From: Spirogloea muscicola
Lineage: Eukaryota
Direction of reading: 5' to 3'
NCBI GenBank assembly: GCA_009602725.1
Contig: WELB01000025.1
Span: 198,496 to 258,425 of the forward strand
Length of the DNA stretch: 59,930 bases
This document shows positions 56,571 through 59,930 of this stretch, piece by piece (position 1 is the first letter of the stretch; each line of letters opens with the position of its first letter). A model generated the notes under the pieces. The model was not told the origin of the DNA. It was given only the letters and a program-made list of their open reading frames with translations, and did not search any database. A program made the position numbers and the translations under genes.

Positions 56571-58953
56571 GCCCAAGAGCGCGCAGTCCAAAACTTGGCA
56601 CGGTCTCCAACATGGCGATCAGACCAAAAGCCAGCCAGCCAAAGATCGCAAGGACAGATACGAAGCGCCACACGAAGCCACCAGACAGCTCCTGACTCGC
56701 TCCGCGGTGCTTGTCACACAAACACAAGATTATAGGACATGCTGTGAGCACGTATCATCTGTTAGGCTGCATGTTGCTGCTGCTTTCCACTTGAGTGCTG
56801 CATCACTACTCATGGCCTCTTGCATCGTGAGAGGCTCATGTAACACTACAGCAGCAAAAGCACGGAACATCTGTCCTAGATACTCCCAATGTAGCAGCAG
56901 TCTCCTCGAGATCTTCACCTCCTGTCCTTGCTTCCACTCCATCGCCAGATTCAGACCCTGCCTCCACAGTAGCCAAAATGTCAGGCTCTTGAGATACAGG
57001 CCACCATTGCACTTCTCCCACTGTGTCAGATGGCCGTAACGGAAAAGCAGAATAGTCTGGACTTCTCTGTTGACTTCTCTGTTCATCAAACACTACATCT
57101 CTGCTAAAAACCATCCTCCTGTTCTCAGCTTTCACATGTTCACCATATCCTACCATGACACACTGACGAGCTTTTAATTGCAACTTGTGTCTCATCGCAG
57201 TAGGAACATGCACCCACGCAGAACAGCCAAATACCCCAAGGTGGGCAACAGTAGGTCTCTTTCCAGTCCAGAACTCCTGTAGCGTCATGTCTTTTACTGC
57301 ACTAGTGGGCATCCTCTGCTTCAGATAAACAGCCGTTGCGACTGCTTCAGCCCAAAATTCTGTTGGTGTATAAGTATGGAACAATAAGCACCTTGCAATC
57401 TCCATAACGGATCTATTCCACCTTTCCGCCACACCATTCTGTTGAGGACGATAGGTTGCTGTCAATTGGCTGTGTATACCCTATTGTTGACAGAACCGTT
57501 CACACTCTTCAGAAGTATATTCTCCACCATTATCAGATCTAAGGGCCTTGAGCTTCTTCCCAGTCTGCAACTCCACTGCAGCTTTGAAATGGATGAACTT
57601 CTCCAGCACTTCACTCTTGTTTTTCAGAAAATATAACTTGCTCCATCGGCTGGCATCATCAATGAAGGACAAGATGTATCTGCTGCCCCCTAAAGATGGT
57701 ACTTGCGTAGGACCACAGACATGTAGAAGCTCTGTAGTGCTCACCAGCAAGCGGTTGTTGAAGATGGAGTTTTCCCTGAACACAGCTCCGACAGAATTCA
57801 GATTCAACATCTTTGTGCAAGAGTATCTACTCCATGCACCATCCCCTTCAGCTTCTTCATCTCTGGACATTGGGATGTCCTTGGCGAGCATGCCATTGCT
57901 CAAATGTGTTCTTCTCAGACTCAGAGACATTGACTCTGCCCTGGACCTGCATCTGTGTCTGCACCTGTTTCTGCATTCCCACAGCCTGTACTTGCACCTG
58001 TCCGTCCAAGGTAAACAGATCTCCTGACCTGCGTCCTGTCAGAGTGGGAGCACCAGACTTCTTGATGATACAGATATTTCTGTCAAAATCAACTTGATAG
58101 CCCTGGTCTAAGAGCTGGGTTACAATTAGGAGATTGGACGCCAAATCAGGAGCATGATGTACATTCTTCAGAGGTTGTGTCTCAGTGCCATGAAGGGTAG
58201 GCACTTGCAGCTGCACTTCTCCTTTTCTGACAGCAGGCTGCACACTATCATCACCCAGATGAATCTTGAAATCCGGAACAGATTTGATATTTATGGGAGC
58301 CAATCCCGCCTGTCAGTGAGATGATGGGACGCTCCATTATCGATCAGCCAGCTAACAACGCGACCTGTCAGACTGTCTGGACAAATTTGCCTCTCCCTCA
58401 GAATAGCCGTTTCTGCCTCTCCTACTATTGCCACCAGACCACGGAGCCTTCTTCTTGGGACAATTGTTGATCACATGACCAGGTTCACGGCAGTAGAAGC
58501 AGGTTCTAGGGTACAGAGGGTTTCTGTTCCACCCTGAAAACTGGTCTTCATTCAGACGACTACTACCACCAGTCCCGCTCCGAAGACTGCGAGCAACAGT
58601 CTGCTGATGAGACTAATTTGATCCAAATGGTGTCGGAGATCTTGCTCAGATTGGCGTCTAGCCAGCAGCGCTGCCTGTGTGCCTGTCAGAGAGCCTATCA
58701 GAGAACCTGTCTGCGAAGCTGTGTTCACAGAACCTGTCAGAGGTCCTATCGGATATCCTGTCAGAAGTCGGTGTTGCTCCTCCAATGCTCGCTCCTTATG
58801 ACAAAGCCCTCGATCAGCTGGAGGCTCTACAGCATCCCAGACATTTAGAAACTGAAGCAGCTTCTTCTTCCTTTATTTACAGATTAAGCAGTTTGTATCT
58901 CTAGCTAGCTTGGGAGTCAGAACAGGGAGCGAACCTAGCAAACCCCCGAGGGG

Positions 58954-58966
58954 TGGGCCCATAACC
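58954..58966 (-). promoter_or_regulatory. Primer-binding site complementary to the anticodon stem-loop of initiator tRNA-Met
   Basis: GGTTATGGGCCCA immediately follows the LTR end; this is the PBS type of Drosophila copia and Ty5. Confidence 0.85.
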
Positions 58967-59414
58967 TGAAAACCTTCCTGGGCTGTGCGCTATTGTACCT
59001 GCTCCTGTACCTGTCCCTGTGTGTCGTACGCAGCGTTCTCAGAGTCTGCAATCCTCCAGTTGAGCTCCTCCCTTAGACGTTGCCCTTGTCAACAGGTCCA
59101 GCGGATCGCCCTCGTTGAGGCGGCGGTGCAGCAGATCGACCTCGTCGCAGCGGCTCAGATGCAGATGCGCTCATGGCGGCAGACAGACTCAGATCTCAGA
59201 CAGTCAGACAGCACAAGCTCCGCCCTCACCCAAGGTGGGTGGCAGCCGTGGCTAGGGATCACGGGTGCACCGCGTGGCCTCAGATGTGTGGAGTGAGCCC
59301 GACGGGTGCCCGAGGCCTCCCTTATCCAGGAAAAACTCTCAAGGCCCTCAATGAGACGGGCGGGATGGTCACCCACACCGACCACGCCGATTCACCATAT
59401 TACAGTATTCAACA
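58967..59414 (-). repeat. Copia 5' LTR (448 bp, TG...CA)
   Basis: Minus strand begins TGTTGAATAC exactly where host-repeat homology breaks and ends TTTTCA directly before the PBS. Confidence 0.8.
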
Positions 59415-59833
59415 ATATTAGCTCCAGGGCTATCCAAGGACACAGTGGACAGCCGCGTCCCAAACACAGCGATAACAATGGGACCCTGAGTTGCAGGTGC
59501 AGTTCCTATACTACCGGAGCATTCCTGATGTTGCCCAGGCTCTTCTTGACTGTCGATGACTCTCTGGCTGCAGTGGCAGGCAGGCAACCCTGCTGCAGTG
59601 GCAGGTGAGGCCAATGAGAAGCTGCACGATGACTGAGAGGCCAAGGGACAGCACAGTCTTACACAACCCGGCCACGGTGGACGACCCGGACGCGACAGAC
59701 CATCCATTGCACGCCCATGCCCTTCGCCCGCTGCCCCGTCAAGGACGTCGACGCATGGATGGACCGCTTTGGCAACATTGCCCATTATCTCGCATGGACG
59801 ACTCCCGCAAGACCTGGAACGTAGGCCTCTAAG
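59415..59833. repeat. Dispersed repeat B, copy 2, right part, with gag-like segment (59670-59833, +)
   Basis: 59415-59668 matches the reverse complement of 19983-20260; 59670-59833 matches the reverse complement of 21654-21817. Confidence 0.85.
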
Positions 59834-59930
59834 GGCCAATTCACACCGGGACGGACGGACGGACGCCTGGCGTCCGCCCCGGGGGGGGGGGGGAGCGGCC
59901 ACGGAGGCCGGCGGCGGCCTGCTCGGGCAG

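Larger units (their letters stand above)
56780..59414 (-). mobile_element. Degenerate Ty1/Copia LTR retrotransposon, 3'-truncated (no RT/RNaseH or 3' LTR)
   Basis: Gag knuckle CFYCREPGHVINNC (~58500), protease WLIDNGASHH (~58340), pre-integrase WHARQGHP, integrase FIDDASR...LRSDNGGEY...QQNGVAERWNR, LGVFGC, and EPLTMQEAM. Multiple frameshifts. Confidence 0.95.

Overview
Intron-rich eukaryotic DNA with plant-type genes, most consistent with a streptophyte alga or early-diverging plant (inference from gene content). It has four multi-exon genes: NXD1 (+, 3176-5676), plant-type HEN1 small-RNA methyltransferase (-, ~6269-12022), a full-size ABCG/PDR transporter (-, 24521-~34409, 5' end at an N) and proteasome activator PA200/PSME4 (-, 41805-54859). 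The intergenic DNA holds roughly 25-30 5'-truncated fragments of a diverse CRE/Zepp-like non-LTR retrotransposon family. These carry a Zn knuckle and restriction-like endonuclease, end in ...SDLxLLTRGY*, and have a hairpin 3' module with no poly(A). Several copies are nested in older copies with visible 6-10 bp target-site duplications, and one has a twin-priming inversion structure. Two copies form a ~700 bp inverted repeat with 155 bp perfectly matching arms only 113 bp upstream of the HEN1 start codon. Also present are a truncated Copia element (one LTR, half-tRNAiMet PBS) inserted in a second repeat linked to a decayed Ty3/Gypsy-like gag, and a few unidentified pseudogene-like fragments. 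All calls are from manual reading; no database searches were run.
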